Source: Pseudomonadota bacterium (lineage in GTDB: Bacteria; Pseudomonadota; Alphaproteobacteria; Rhizobiales; Rhizobiaceae). Taken from it: a stretch of DNA of 64,000 nucleotides. Numbering within the stretch: the stretch's first letter is position 1; each line of letters starts with the position of its first letter. This document shows, piece after piece, positions 38,593 to 48,554 of this stretch. The position numbers and the translations under genes are program-made. The notes beneath the pieces were generated by a model that did no database searches, was not told where the DNA came from, and saw nothing but the letters and a program-made list of their open reading frames with translations. The stretch is taken from the NCBI GenBank assembly GCA_038746275.1, contig JBCDKS010000018.1, positions 13,863-77,862 of the forward strand. The letters are read 5' to 3'.

Positions 38593-41142
38593 TTAGTCGA
38601 GTGACCGGTCGATGAGTTCCACCGTGAAGCACTCGATGCGGTCGCCTTTGCGCATATCCTGATAGTTCTTAAAGGCCATTCCGCATTCGGTACCGGACTG
38701 CACTTCCGCCACTTCGTCCTTGAAGCGTTTGAGCGTTGCCAGTTCACCTTCGTGCACCACCACGTCGTCGCGGATAAGGCGCACGCCCGAACCGCGTTCC
38801 ACATGGCCTTCGGTCACAAGACAACCGGCCACTTTGCCCACCTTGGAGTGGCTGAAGAGTTCCAGAATATCCGCATAACCGATGAAGGTTTCGCGGCGTT
38901 CCGGTGCCAACATGCCAGACAGCGTGGCTTTCACTTCATCAATCAAGTTGTAGATGATCGAGTAATAGCGAATTTCGATGCCTTCGCGCTTGGCCAAATC
39001 CAAGGCCTGCTTGTTGGCACGCACGTTGAAAGCGATGATTGGGGTCTCCGATGCCATGGCCAGTGTCACATCGGATTCGGTGATACCGCCGACGCCAGAG
39101 TGGACCACACGGGCCTGCACTTCGTCCGTGCCCAAATTATTGAGCGAAGCAACGATGGCTTCGACGGAGCCTTGGGTGTCGCCCTTGATAACCAGAGGTG
39201 CCTGGCTTGCGCCTTTGACCTGCAGATTTGTCATCATCTGTTCAAGCGAGCCACGCTGACCGGCTTGAGCAGCCACAGCCAGTTCACGCGCCTTGCGTTG
39301 ACGATAGTCAGCGATTTCACGTGCACGGGATTCGTCTTCCACCACCACAATGGGATCACCGGCAGCCGGTGCTCCGGACAGACCCAGAACTTCGCAAGGC
39401 GTTGACGGGCCGGCCTCTTTCATCTGCTCGCCCTGATCGTTGATCATCGCGCGAACGCGACCCCACTCACTGCCAGCGACAATGATATCGCCCACGTTCA
39501 GTGTGCCTTTTTGAATGATCACGGTTGCCACCGCACCACGGCCTTTTTCCAGTTTGGATTCAATCACGATGCCTTCGGCAGCGCGGTTGGGATTGGCCTT
39601 CAACTCCAGCAATTCGGATTGCAGGAGGATCGCATCCAACAAATTGTCGATGCCGTCACCGGTTTTGGCGGACACCTCAACGTCGAGGATTTCACCGCCC
39701 ATACCTTCCACAAACACTTCGTGCTGGAGCAATTCAGTACGCACTTTTTGAGCGTCAGCACCTTCTGTGTCCATTTTGTTGATCGCGACAATCATGGGCA
39801 CTTCGGCAGCCTTGGCGTGTTTGATGCTTTCGATTGTCTGCGGCATCACGCTGTCGTCGGCCGCCACCACCAAAATGGCAATGTCGGTTGCCGCCGCACC
39901 ACGGGCACGCATGGCGGTGAACGCCTCGTGACCCGGTGTGTCGAGGAAGGAGATTTTCTTCCCGCCCCGTTCGATCTGATAAGCGCCAATGTGCTGGGTG
40001 ATGCCACCGGCCTCACCGCTGGCGACACGGGCTTCACGGATTTTATCCAACAGTGATGTTTTACCGTGGTCGACGTGACCCATGATAGTGACCACGGGTG
40101 GGCGGGATTCCAGCGTGCCTTCGGTGTCCTCTTGCGAGTGCAGACCCAGTTCCACATCGGATTCCGAAACACGCACCACGGTGTGGCCCATCTCTTCGGC
40201 AATCAGTTGTGCCATGTCCGCATCGATGATGTCGCCAGGCTTCATCATTTGGCCCTGCTGCATCAGCAGCTTCACCACGTCCACAGAGCGCTCGGTCATG
40301 CGGTTGGCAAGCTCTTGGATCGTGATCGTGTCTGGCACGGTCACTTCGCGCATTACCTTTTCACGCGGACCGGATTGTTGGCTGCGCTTTTGCTTTTCGC
40401 GCTGACGACGCATGGACGCTAAAGAGCGCGAACGGGCGGAATTGTCATCCAGCGCATTGGACAGGGTCAGCTTTGTGCGACGGCGGTCGTCGCCACCGCG
40501 CGGGCGGGTGGCCGGTTTGTTGTCTTCAGGCTTGGGCCGTGGCGCTTCGCGGATGATCGTCAGGCCAACCTTTTTAGGCGCACCACCTGTATCATCGGCG
40601 GCGGCAGCTGCGATGGCTGACGCGTCAGCGGCGGCTTGGCGGGCCTCTTCTTCTTCTTTTTTGCGGGCCTCTTCTGCGGCAGCCGCATCGCGAGCGGCCT
40701 GTTCGGCTTCTTCTTTTTCACGGGCCTCGCGGGCTTCGCGTGTTGCCTCATCTTCCAGCGCGCGACGGGCGGCTTCGGCTTCTCTTTCCTTGGCTTCCTC
40801 GATTTCGCGCAGGCGCGCTTCTTCGAGGGCGCGGGCGCGTGCGTCCATCTCGCCGCCGGTGAGCTTTCCGGCAGTGCCCGTAGGTTTGCCGGCTGCGGCT
40901 GCGGGTGCTGCGGCAGGACGCGGAGGCGTGGGCGCTGGTGCAGCGGGCTTAGGCGCAAACACTTGCTTTTCTTCACCCGGCTTTACGATACGCCGCTTCT
41001 TGGTCTCCACCACAACCGAGTTCGTGCGGCCATGGGAAAAATTTTGGCGAACCGTACCGGCATTGCCCCCACGCTTGAGCGAGAGCGTACCCCGCTGCGG
41101 CGCGTCAGACTTGTTGCCATCGTTCGAATTCGTGTCACTCAT
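38593..41142 (-). CDS. infB: Translation initiation factor IF-2
   Basis: [43 protein letters not shown]. Confidence 0.98.
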   Translation of the reverse strand: MSDTNSNDGNKSDAPQRGTLSLKRGGNAGTVRQNFSHGRTNSVVVETKKRRIVKPGEEKQVFAPKPAAPAPTPPRPAAAPAAAAGKPTGTAGKLTGGEMDARARALEEARLREIEEAKEREAEAARRALEDEATREAREAREKEEAEQAARDAAAAEEARKKEEEEARQAAADASAIAAAAADDTGGAPKKVGLTIIREAPRPKPEDNKPATRPRGGDDRRRTKLTLSNALDDNSARSRSLASMRRQREKQKRSQQSGPREKVMREVTVPDTITIQELANRMTERSVDVVKLLMQQGQMMKPGDIIDADMAQLIAEEMGHTVVRVSESDVELGLHSQEDTEGTLESRPPVVTIMGHVDHGKTSLLDKIREARVASGEAGGITQHIGAYQIERGGKKISFLDTPGHEAFTAMRARGAAATDIAILVVAADDSVMPQTIESIKHAKAAEVPMIVAINKMDTEGADAQKVRTELLQHEVFVEGMGGEILDVEVSAKTGDGIDNLLDAILLQSELLELKANPNRAAEGIVIESKLEKGRGAVATVIIQKGTLNVGDIIVAGSEWGRVRAMINDQGEQMKEAGPSTPCEVLGLSGAPAAGDPIVVVEDESRAREIADYRQRKARELAVAAQAGQRGSLEQMMTNLQVKGASQAPLVIKGDTQGSVEAIVASLNNLGTDEVQARVVHSGVGGITESDVTLAMASETPIIAFNVRANKQALDLAKREGIEIRYYSIIYNLIDEVKATLSGMLAPERRETFIGYADILELFSHSKVGKVAGCLVTEGHVERGSGVRLIRDDVVVHEGELATLKRFKDEVAEVQSGTECGMAFKNYQDMRKGDRIECFTVELIDRSLD

Positions 41143-41150
41143 AAAGTTGT

Positions 41151-41855
41151 CTACCTTCCCGGCTCGCCCGCAGGCCCTGTTTCTCGCACCGCATCATCAG
41201 TTGACATCGCGAAGCCTGTTTCAGCTTGCTCGTCAGCACCAGATATTGGTTGCGCGTCTCTATAGGCAGCCAGTTTTTTCAGGTGCCGCAGGCACGCTTG
41301 CGCCGCGCCACCCCTCACTAAAGCTGCGTGTATCACATTTGTGGCGCCCAATGCCAAACTCATTTGCGGTTCAGTAAAAATTCGAAACACTTTTGGGCTT
41401 GATGGGTGCATATGGCTGGCGGCGGTGCGGGCATTTTGCAGTTTGCGCAAACCGTCAGCGGCGCCGTCCTTCGCATGAAGCACAGCGCTGGCACGACCAC
41501 CAATCAGTGCGCCTTCAACCTTGCCCAAACCCGTGATGCATTCACCCGCCTTGCGGGCAAAGCCAAGGGCGGCCAGAGCGCGCTGCTCCAAAAGGCTATC
41601 AACCAGCGTTGGCAAATCGGATGCCGCTTGAACCGCTTTCTTAAATCCCCGGCTGAAAAGGCGTTTGTTGACCGCCTGCTCAACACAAGCGCGATTGGCG
41701 GACACCCAAACACCGCGTCCAGGCAATTTTCCGGCGATATCAGGCACAACGAAGCCATCTGGCCCCGCCACAAAACGGATCAGTCGATCAGGATTTTGGA
41801 CCGCACGTGTGACGATGCAGGTCCTTTCCGGGGTTTTGTTTGCGCTTTGATCCAC
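41151..41855 (-). CDS. YlxR/DUF448 RNA-binding protein with L7Ae-like C-terminal domain
   Basis: [22 protein letters not shown]; located between nusA and infB. Confidence 0.88.
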   Translation of the reverse strand: MDQSANKTPERTCIVTRAVQNPDRLIRFVAGPDGFVVPDIAGKLPGRGVWVSANRACVEQAVNKRLFSRGFKKAVQAASDLPTLVDSLLEQRALAALGFARKAGECITGLGKVEGALIGGRASAVLHAKDGAADGLRKLQNARTAASHMHPSSPKVFRIFTEPQMSLALGATNVIHAALVRGGAAQACLRHLKKLAAYRDAQPISGADEQAETGFAMSTDDAVRETGPAGEPGR

Positions 41856-41876
41856 CAGGTAAACACCACTCCAACC

Positions 41877-43526
41877 CTAAGCCGACTGGTCTTCGATGAC
41901 GTTGATCACCGCCGGACGCTCGTCCTGTGCGGGGGCAACCTCTTCTTCAACCGGATCCGGCTCACGCAGGTCTTCTTCCGTCACCCAACCGGCGGCCAAG
42001 CGGGCGGCCATGATCATCTCATCGGCTTGTGCGCGTGAAATCTCACTGGCGGAAAAAATGCCCGGATGACGTGTCACTTCGCCGTCCTTGCGTTCGTTCC
42101 AGCCCACGAGATCATCGGCCACACAACCGGCAAAATCATCCAGGGTTTTAATTTCGTCTTCGCTCTCGCCAAGCATCACCATCATGGCTGTTGTGATGCC
42201 AGGGATTTGACGCAGATCGTCTGCAACGCCCAGCGCTTTACGCTTCTCGTCGAGCTCTTGTTCCTGCCGTTCCATAAACTCTCGGGCACGGGCCTGTAAT
42301 TCACCGGCGGTTTCGTCGTCAAAACCTTCGATCATCGCAATCTCGTCAGGCTCCACATAAGCAACCTCTTCGAGATCGGTAAAACCTTCTGAAGCCAACA
42401 ATTGTGCAACCATCTCGTCGACGTTGAGCGCTTCGACAAACTTTGCGGTGTTGGCATTAAACTCTGCCTGACGGCGGCCGGATTCTTCTTCTTCCGTCAG
42501 AATATCGATGTCCCAGCCGGTCAGCTGCGACGCCAAACGCACGTTTTGACCGCGGCGGCCGATGGCGAGGGACAATTGCTCGTCCGGTACCACCACTTCG
42601 ATACGCTCTTTTTCTTCGTCCAAAACAACCTTGGCGACTTCTGCCGGCTGTAAAGCGTTGACGATGAACCCGGCGGGCTCTTCGTTCCACGGAATGATGT
42701 CGATCTTTTCACCCTGCAACTCGCCGACCACAGCTTGCACGCGCGAACCGCGCATACCCACACAGGCGCCCACGGGATCAATACCGGAATCGTTTGAGAT
42801 CACGGCAATCTTGGCGCGGGAACCCGGGTCACGGGCGACGGAGCGAATTTCAATCACGCCATCATAAATTTCCGGCACTTCCATCTGGAAGAGTTTGGCC
42901 ATGAATTGCGGATGGGTGCGGGACAGAAAGATTTGCGGACCACGCTGTTCACGGCGCACATCGTAGATGTAAGCGCGGACGCGGTCGCCATAGCGATACT
43001 GCTCGCGTGGGATCAGTTCATCACGGCGGATGATCGCTTCGGCACGACCGAGATCAACGACCACATTCCCATATTCCACGCGCTTGACCGTGCCATTGAT
43101 GATCTCACCCACGCGGTCTTTGAATTCGTCAAACTGCCGGTCGCGTTCCGCATCACGCACTTTTTGCACGATAACTTGTTTGGCGGACTGGGCGGCCACG
43201 CGACCAAAGTCCATGGGCGGCAGAAGCTCGCCTATGTGGTCACCAATTTTAGCCGCTTCGTTCTTCTTCAAAGCACCGGCCAGATCGATCTGTGTGTCGT
43301 AGTCTTCAACCGTGTCCACCACTTCCAGCAGACGTTGAAGTTTGATTTCGCCGGTTTTGTCGTTGATGTCCGCACGAATATTGGTTTCCAGCCCGTAGCG
43401 GGATTTGGCCGCCTTTTCGATGGCGTCCGCCATGGCATCCAACACGATCTTCTTGTCGATCACCTTTTCACGGGCAACCGCGTCTGCGATCTGCATCAAT
43501 TCCAGTCTGTTGGCACTCACTGCCAT
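41877..43526 (-). CDS. nusA: Transcription termination/antitermination factor NusA
   Basis: MAVSANRLELMQIADAVAREK, RDPGSRAKI, SLAIGRRGQNVRLA. Confidence 0.97.
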   Translation of the reverse strand: MAVSANRLELMQIADAVAREKVIDKKIVLDAMADAIEKAAKSRYGLETNIRADINDKTGEIKLQRLLEVVDTVEDYDTQIDLAGALKKNEAAKIGDHIGELLPPMDFGRVAAQSAKQVIVQKVRDAERDRQFDEFKDRVGEIINGTVKRVEYGNVVVDLGRAEAIIRRDELIPREQYRYGDRVRAYIYDVRREQRGPQIFLSRTHPQFMAKLFQMEVPEIYDGVIEIRSVARDPGSRAKIAVISNDSGIDPVGACVGMRGSRVQAVVGELQGEKIDIIPWNEEPAGFIVNALQPAEVAKVVLDEEKERIEVVVPDEQLSLAIGRRGQNVRLASQLTGWDIDILTEEEESGRRQAEFNANTAKFVEALNVDEMVAQLLASEGFTDLEEVAYVEPDEIAMIEGFDDETAGELQARAREFMERQEQELDEKRKALGVADDLRQIPGITTAMMVMLGESEDEIKTLDDFAGCVADDLVGWNERKDGEVTRHPGIFSASEISRAQADEMIMAARLAAGWVTEEDLREPDPVEEEVAPAQDERPAVINVIEDQSA

Positions 43527-43655
43527 GGGTCTTCTCCGTGTCGCACACACGCGGCGCTTCGCGCTTGGCGTGATTGTAAGCCGTCGTGTTGTCGTTGCCG
43601 GATGGACCTTTGGACCATCCATGATGTCTTTACGGTGACAAGTGCACCAAAGGGA

Positions 43656-44309
43656 TCAGTGATCGCCGCTTGAAGGCATGTCTCCATCGTCTTGTTCGTC
43701 GTCCACTCCATTGGCCGCACGCAGTGCCTTGTCGCGGCGCAACGCTTCGCGGATCAAATCATCGGTCAGGATCAAGTTTGCCGCGACTAACAGATTGAGT
43801 GGAATGCGGTTTTCATTCGGCTCACCAGCAGGCACATCTTCGCGGCGTAGCACCAGCGTTTCGCCGTCCACGCCAACGAGCGTGCCTTTGAAGCGTTTGC
43901 GGCCCTCGACCAGAGTCATCGTCTCCACCTTCGCGGCGTGGCCGGCCCAGGTTTCAAAATCACTGTGGCGCACCAAAGGCCGGTCGATACCGGGGGAGGA
44001 CACTTCGAGACTGTAAGCGGCAGACACCGGATCTTCAACGTCCAGCACCGGCGACAGCGCCTTGGAGACCGCCTCACAGTCGGAGACAGCCATTGTACCA
44101 TCGGGCTTTTCCGCCATGATCTGCATGGTCAAACCGTTGTGGTCGTACATACGGGCGCGGACCAGCCGGTAGCCCATGTCTTCGATCACGGGTGCCACAA
44201 TGGCTGCGATCCGCGCATCAACACCTTCCTCGCGCACGATCCGCTGCTGTGCGGTATCGGCGGTAACGACAGGCTGCTGCGGGGTCGGGATTTCGGTGAT
44301 CGTGGACAG
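43656..44309 (-). CDS. rimP: Ribosome maturation factor RimP (start uncertain: GTG 44237 or CTG 44309)
   Basis: QIMAE, LEVSSPGIDRPL, GRKRFKG. Confidence 0.92.
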   Translation of the reverse strand: MSTITEIPTPQQPVVTADTAQQRIVREEGVDARIAAIVAPVIEDMGYRLVRARMYDHNGLTMQIMAEKPDGTMAVSDCEAVSKALSPVLDVEDPVSAAYSLEVSSPGIDRPLVRHSDFETWAGHAAKVETMTLVEGRKRFKGTLVGVDGETLVLRREDVPAGEPNENRIPLNLLVAANLILTDDLIREALRRDKALRAANGVDDEQDDGDMPSSGDH

Positions 44310-44399
44310 ACGCTGAACCCTTTCAAGGCGGTGGTTTCAAGTCCGCTGCCCCTACCGTTACAGCCGACAATTTTGGCCAAACGCTTAGGCTTTGGACAT

Positions 44400-44430
44400 A
44401 AAAAAGAGCGGGTCTCCGAAGAGCCCACCC
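44400..44430 (-). promoter_or_regulatory. Terminator-like leader hairpin upstream of rimP (attenuator candidate)
   Basis: Minus strand GGGTGGGCTC-TTCG-GAGACCCGCTC followed by T6. Confidence 0.7.
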
Positions 44431-44613
44431 TGACAATGTCAAAGAATGTGCAAACGCTATAACCGCCAACGGCATCGTTGGCAAGCTTTTTGACACCTAA
44501 CGGATCGCAGACGGTGATTATACAATGGTCAGGCGCTTGGACCGCATTGGGTGGGAAGCTGCCCGAAAAATATCGGGCGACCTGCAGCCAACGTCACCGG
44601 TTGGAAGATGGGG

Positions 44614-45198
44614 TTAGTTTGCAGACACCCGATAGTCCTCTCCCGGATAGCCCATGGAGTCCTGATCGGAGAAGGCTTCGTGGCAGGCGTGGCAAAAACC
44701 CTGTTTGATTTTCATCACCTTGCCCTTGGGCGTGTAGGCAGAATAGATCCAGTTTCCAAACTCATCTGCGGTACCGGCGGCCACCTTGGTCATGATGAAC
44801 AACGGCCCGTGGGGAACCGTACCCTTTTTACGCACGTTGAAACTTTCCTTCGCCAAAATTGACCCCGCGGGCATGGCAGTACGTTCTTCTAAGAACTTTG
44901 TGTACTCGGCAAAACCGATATCGTTCACAAAGGTCATCAAGAACCGCCCGCCATGGGTACCGTTCACGGCAGGTTGGGTGGAAGCCGCCTTGTAGCTTTG
45001 ATAATCCTTGGCCTCCGTTTCCCCTTGAGACGCATAGCCTTCGCGCAACTTGTCTTTAATACAGTCATACAGATCTTGAACTTGCGCGTCCGTCAGATCG
45101 TCCTTTTTGATGTCTGTGGTGCAGGCTGCCCACGCGGACCCTGTTGACAGGGCAAAAAACAGCGCGGCGCCGATTGCGGTCTTCGTTATGATTTTCAT
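44614..45198 (-). CDS. Cytochrome P460-family periplasmic c-type cytochrome
   Basis: Signal peptide; C-terminal CHACH; PAGSILAKESF and GNWIY motifs. Confidence 0.8.
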   Translation of the reverse strand: MKIITKTAIGAALFFALSTGSAWAACTTDIKKDDLTDAQVQDLYDCIKDKLREGYASQGETEAKDYQSYKAASTQPAVNGTHGGRFLMTFVNDIGFAEYTKFLEERTAMPAGSILAKESFNVRKKGTVPHGPLFIMTKVAAGTADEFGNWIYSAYTPKGKVMKIKQGFCHACHEAFSDQDSMGYPGEDYRVSAN

Positions 45199-45368
45199 GC
45201 AGTTTCTCCTCCAAAAATTGATGAATCATCGATCAATTTCCCGCAAACCCTAGGTTTGCGGCGGAGTTTTTGGAAAACACAGCTTGGACCAGATCATGAC
45301 GTTTGCGAGAGTAGAACGTGATAGGTCTTGAAGGCGTCTGTTCGCCAGCCGAGCCGGAAAATGGCGTT

Positions 45369-46781
45369 TTACACCTGTTTCATCAGCCCCAAGCGTTCTC
45401 GGATGGCGAAACGCCTGTTGAGCAGAATGGCGGCGGCCAGCAAGCCAGCGGCCAGTCCGGTCCAGACACCCTGCGCACCCCAACCCAGCGGGAAGGCCAG
45501 AACATAGGCTGTTGTCACCCCAATCGCCCAATAACTCAAAACGGCGATCTGCATCGGCACACGCGTGTCCTTGAGGCCACGCAGACTGCCAGAGGCGACG
45601 GCTTGCGCCGCATCCGTGAGTTGAAACGCCGCCGCAACCCAAAGCAACGGAATTGCCGTTGCCATAACCGCCGCCGCTTCCGCATTGGAAAAATCAAGGT
45701 AAAGGGCGATCAAAGGCTCGGGGATCACGAAGAACACGATGGCCGCCAACAAGGCAAACGACATGCCGATCACGAAAGTGGCCCATCCTGCACGGCCCAC
45801 GTCCACTGGGCTTGCGCGGCCGTTGGCGTTGCCCACACGTACGGACCCCGCTTGGGACAGGCCCAATGGTACCATGAATGTGAGGCTGGCGAGTTGCAGC
45901 ACAATGGCATGAGCGGCCAGCGGCAACGTGCCAATCCAGCCGATCATGACAGACGCGGCTGAAAACAAACCCGCTTCGGCAAAAATGGTGAGACCGATGG
46001 GCACGGCCAGGAAGGTTATTTCGCGCAAGGCGGCCCAATCCGGCCGCCACACCCGCACAAACAATTCATAGTCACGGAACGCGCTGGCACGCGCCATGAC
46101 AGCAAATCCGATCAGCGCTACCGCACCATTGGCGATGACGGTGGCCAGTCCGGCGCCCGCCATCTCCATGCGCGGCAATCCGAAATTTCCGAATATCAGG
46201 CCGTAGTTTAAGAAGCCATTTAACACAGCGGCGCAAAGCGTGAGAACAAGTACCGTGTTGGCCCATTCCACGCTGCTGAAAAACGCCCGCTGCCCGATGA
46301 TGGCAAACATGGGCACAATCGCCCACATGCCCCAAGTCATATATTGGGCGGCAAGCGCCGCAAGCTCAGGGTTTTGCCCCAATGCGTGCACCAGGATCGG
46401 TTCCACAAAGGCCAAGGGCAGCAGGAAAAATATGGACAATGCGAACAGAGCCCAAAAGCCCATCCGAGTGGACCGTCGAACGGCTTGGCCGTCTTCTTGA
46501 CCCAAGGCACCCGCGATCAACGGCATCATGGCCGCGCCCACGCCCAGGCCAAAAATGTAGAAAATAAAGATAAATTGGAAAGCGAGCGTGCCAGCCGCCA
46601 ATTGCGGCGTGCCCAGCCAACCCAACATCACCGTGTCTGTTACGTTGATCAGCATATGGGCCACTTGGGCCGCCACCAGTGGACCACCCAAAACCACAGT
46701 TGCCCTTAGGTGTTCTGCGAAACTAAGCGGAGCTCTTTTTGCCTTGCCACTAAACTGCAATCCTCCCTCAGTCTGCAACAT
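45369..46781 (-). CDS. MATE-family efflux transporter (NorM-like)
   Basis: TDTVMLGWLG, FGLPRMEMAGAGLAT, SGSLRGLKDTRVPM. Confidence 0.92.
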   Translation of the reverse strand: MLQTEGGLQFSGKAKRAPLSFAEHLRATVVLGGPLVAAQVAHMLINVTDTVMLGWLGTPQLAAGTLAFQFIFIFYIFGLGVGAAMMPLIAGALGQEDGQAVRRSTRMGFWALFALSIFFLLPLAFVEPILVHALGQNPELAALAAQYMTWGMWAIVPMFAIIGQRAFFSSVEWANTVLVLTLCAAVLNGFLNYGLIFGNFGLPRMEMAGAGLATVIANGAVALIGFAVMARASAFRDYELFVRVWRPDWAALREITFLAVPIGLTIFAEAGLFSAASVMIGWIGTLPLAAHAIVLQLASLTFMVPLGLSQAGSVRVGNANGRASPVDVGRAGWATFVIGMSFALLAAIVFFVIPEPLIALYLDFSNAEAAAVMATAIPLLWVAAAFQLTDAAQAVASGSLRGLKDTRVPMQIAVLSYWAIGVTTAYVLAFPLGWGAQGVWTGLAAGLLAAAILLNRRFAIRERLGLMKQV

Positions 46782-46854
46782 GTGGCGTATCTCTTAATCG
46801 AGGTGCAGCCGTCGTCTGAGCGAGCTCTCCTCATCCAGTTTCAAATCGGTCGAA

Positions 46855-47379
46855 CTATTTAGCCGCTTCGATAGACGCCAGCACCATTTGTTTGGCCTCG
46901 TCAGCGTCGCCCCACCGGTCCAATTCGACCCATTTGTTCTTTTCAAGATCTTTGTAGCGCTCAAAAAAGTGCACGATCTGCTCGCGTTTCAGTTCCTGTA
47001 AATCGTCCAACGAATGCACGCCGTCATAATTGCCCGAGACGCGTTGTGACGGGACTGCGATCAGCTTTTCGTCCATGCCAGCCTCATCCTTCATGAACAG
47101 GACGCCGATGGGACGGCAGTTCATCACGCAACCGGGCACCAATGTACGGGTATTGGCGATGAGAACGTCCAGCGGATCGCCGTCCTCCGAAAGGGTGTGG
47201 GGCACAAATCCATAGTTCCCGGGATAGCGCATGGATGTGTAGAGAAAGCGGTCCACAAACATCGCGCCTGAGGCCTTGTCCATCTCATATTTGATGGGTT
47301 CGCCGCCAACCGGCACCTCCACGATCACGTTGATGTCTTCTGGTGGGTTGTGGCCAATGGAGATCGCATCGATGCGCAT
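46855..47379 (-). CDS. ppa: Inorganic pyrophosphatase (family I)
   Basis: [41 protein letters not shown]. Confidence 0.96.
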   Translation of the reverse strand: MRIDAISIGHNPPEDINVIVEVPVGGEPIKYEMDKASGAMFVDRFLYTSMRYPGNYGFVPHTLSEDGDPLDVLIANTRTLVPGCVMNCRPIGVLFMKDEAGMDEKLIAVPSQRVSGNYDGVHSLDDLQELKREQIVHFFERYKDLEKNKWVELDRWGDADEAKQMVLASIEAAK

Positions 47380-47556
47380 GGTAAATTCCGTGTCTGTTCG
47401 TAAAAACACCCGGCCGCATGGTGCCGTCCGGGCGATATTATCTGCAAGGTGCGCCGCCTAAGAACCGCACTCAACCGTGCAAAGCAAGAGCGGGTCCGTT
47501 CCTTCGTCTAAAGAATTGGTATCAATCCGGATTAACCTGAACAGTGCAGGCGCACC

Positions 47557-48507
47557 CTAGCCATCTGCCGCGAAAGCCATCACCAACAAGGCGGCAGCCG
47601 TCAGCGTGGCACCTGCCAAGATCGACAGGCTGGGCCAGCCGTGGCCGATAATACCCTCAATCAAAATCACGAAACTGGGGGTCAAATAGCCGTAAGACAA
47701 CACTTTTGAAGCGGGCAACCGCATGCTCGCGAATTGAAGCAGAAAAAACGTGGCCGCCGTGGCGAAGATTGCGGTGTAAAAAATCGCAGCCCACACAATC
47801 ATGGGCAGCGCTGTCCAAGCTGTGCCGGCGACATCCCTTGCACCGTAGATCGCAATGCAAAGTAGCGTCGCCGAAAGTGCAAGCAGTGTGAATTGAAGCC
47901 CGGTTTCACCCCGGTTGAACTTGCGCACCAGCGGGGCATAAGCGGCATGCGCTGCGCAACCGATGAAGAAAATCGCTTCTCCCGCCCCAATCCTAAGACC
48001 GAGCAATGCGTCCAGGTCACCACGAAAAATAACCCAAATCGCCCCCGTGCCGGCGATCACGAGACTGATGAACACCAAAAATGGTGTTGTCTGGCGCAGA
48101 AACAGCCAGCCAAACCCCGCGCTCATCAATGGAATCAGCGTAAAAACTGCGCCTGTAGCCACCGGGGTGGTGATGCGCAGGGCGACAAACATCAAAATGA
48201 AGTAGGTCGCCATCAACGCGCCCAGTATGGCGAAGCGCCATAGCGCCTTGGGGACGGGCGGCAGAGCGCGGCGGGTCGCCAGATAGATCGCAAAAATGAT
48301 CCCAACGGCAATGGTAAACCGCGCTGCATTTAACGCCGCCGGTTCCACCAAAAGCGCCGCCAAATGACCGATGGAAAACGAACCGGCGATGAGGGCTGAA
48401 AACAAGAGCCCCGCGAGGTGACCCAACAGCTTTTGACGCCCCTGAGCGTGGTCATGTACACGCGCGCCCGCGTCAGAGCGCATCGCTGTAGAGTGTTCAG
48501 GCTTCAC
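47557..48507 (-). CDS. DMT/EamA-family transporter
   Basis: About 10 hydrophobic helices in two repeats. Start could be up to about 24 nt downstream. Confidence 0.85.
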   Translation of the reverse strand: MKPEHSTAMRSDAGARVHDHAQGRQKLLGHLAGLLFSALIAGSFSIGHLAALLVEPAALNAARFTIAVGIIFAIYLATRRALPPVPKALWRFAILGALMATYFILMFVALRITTPVATGAVFTLIPLMSAGFGWLFLRQTTPFLVFISLVIAGTGAIWVIFRGDLDALLGLRIGAGEAIFFIGCAAHAAYAPLVRKFNRGETGLQFTLLALSATLLCIAIYGARDVAGTAWTALPMIVWAAIFYTAIFATAATFFLLQFASMRLPASKVLSYGYLTPSFVILIEGIIGHGWPSLSILAGATLTAAALLVMAFAADG

Positions 48508-48554
48508 GGGTCACAACTTTAACTGTCGACCACTGGTTTTCAGGCTCAGCAATT

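Noticed and set aside
40412-41377. Low-complexity Ala/Ser/Arg ORF and repetitive DNA
   Set aside because: It mirrors the normal Ala/Glu/Arg-rich N-terminal linker of IF-2; not a separate gene or repeat array.
45218-45236. TTGAT-N9-ATCAA, superficially an FNR/FixK box
   Set aside because: FNR-type boxes need an N4 spacer; treated as part of the leader structure instead.
48525-48540. GACCACTGGT near the DMT start as a third RutR box
   Set aside because: Only one base between ACCA and TGGT, and the flanks match poorly.
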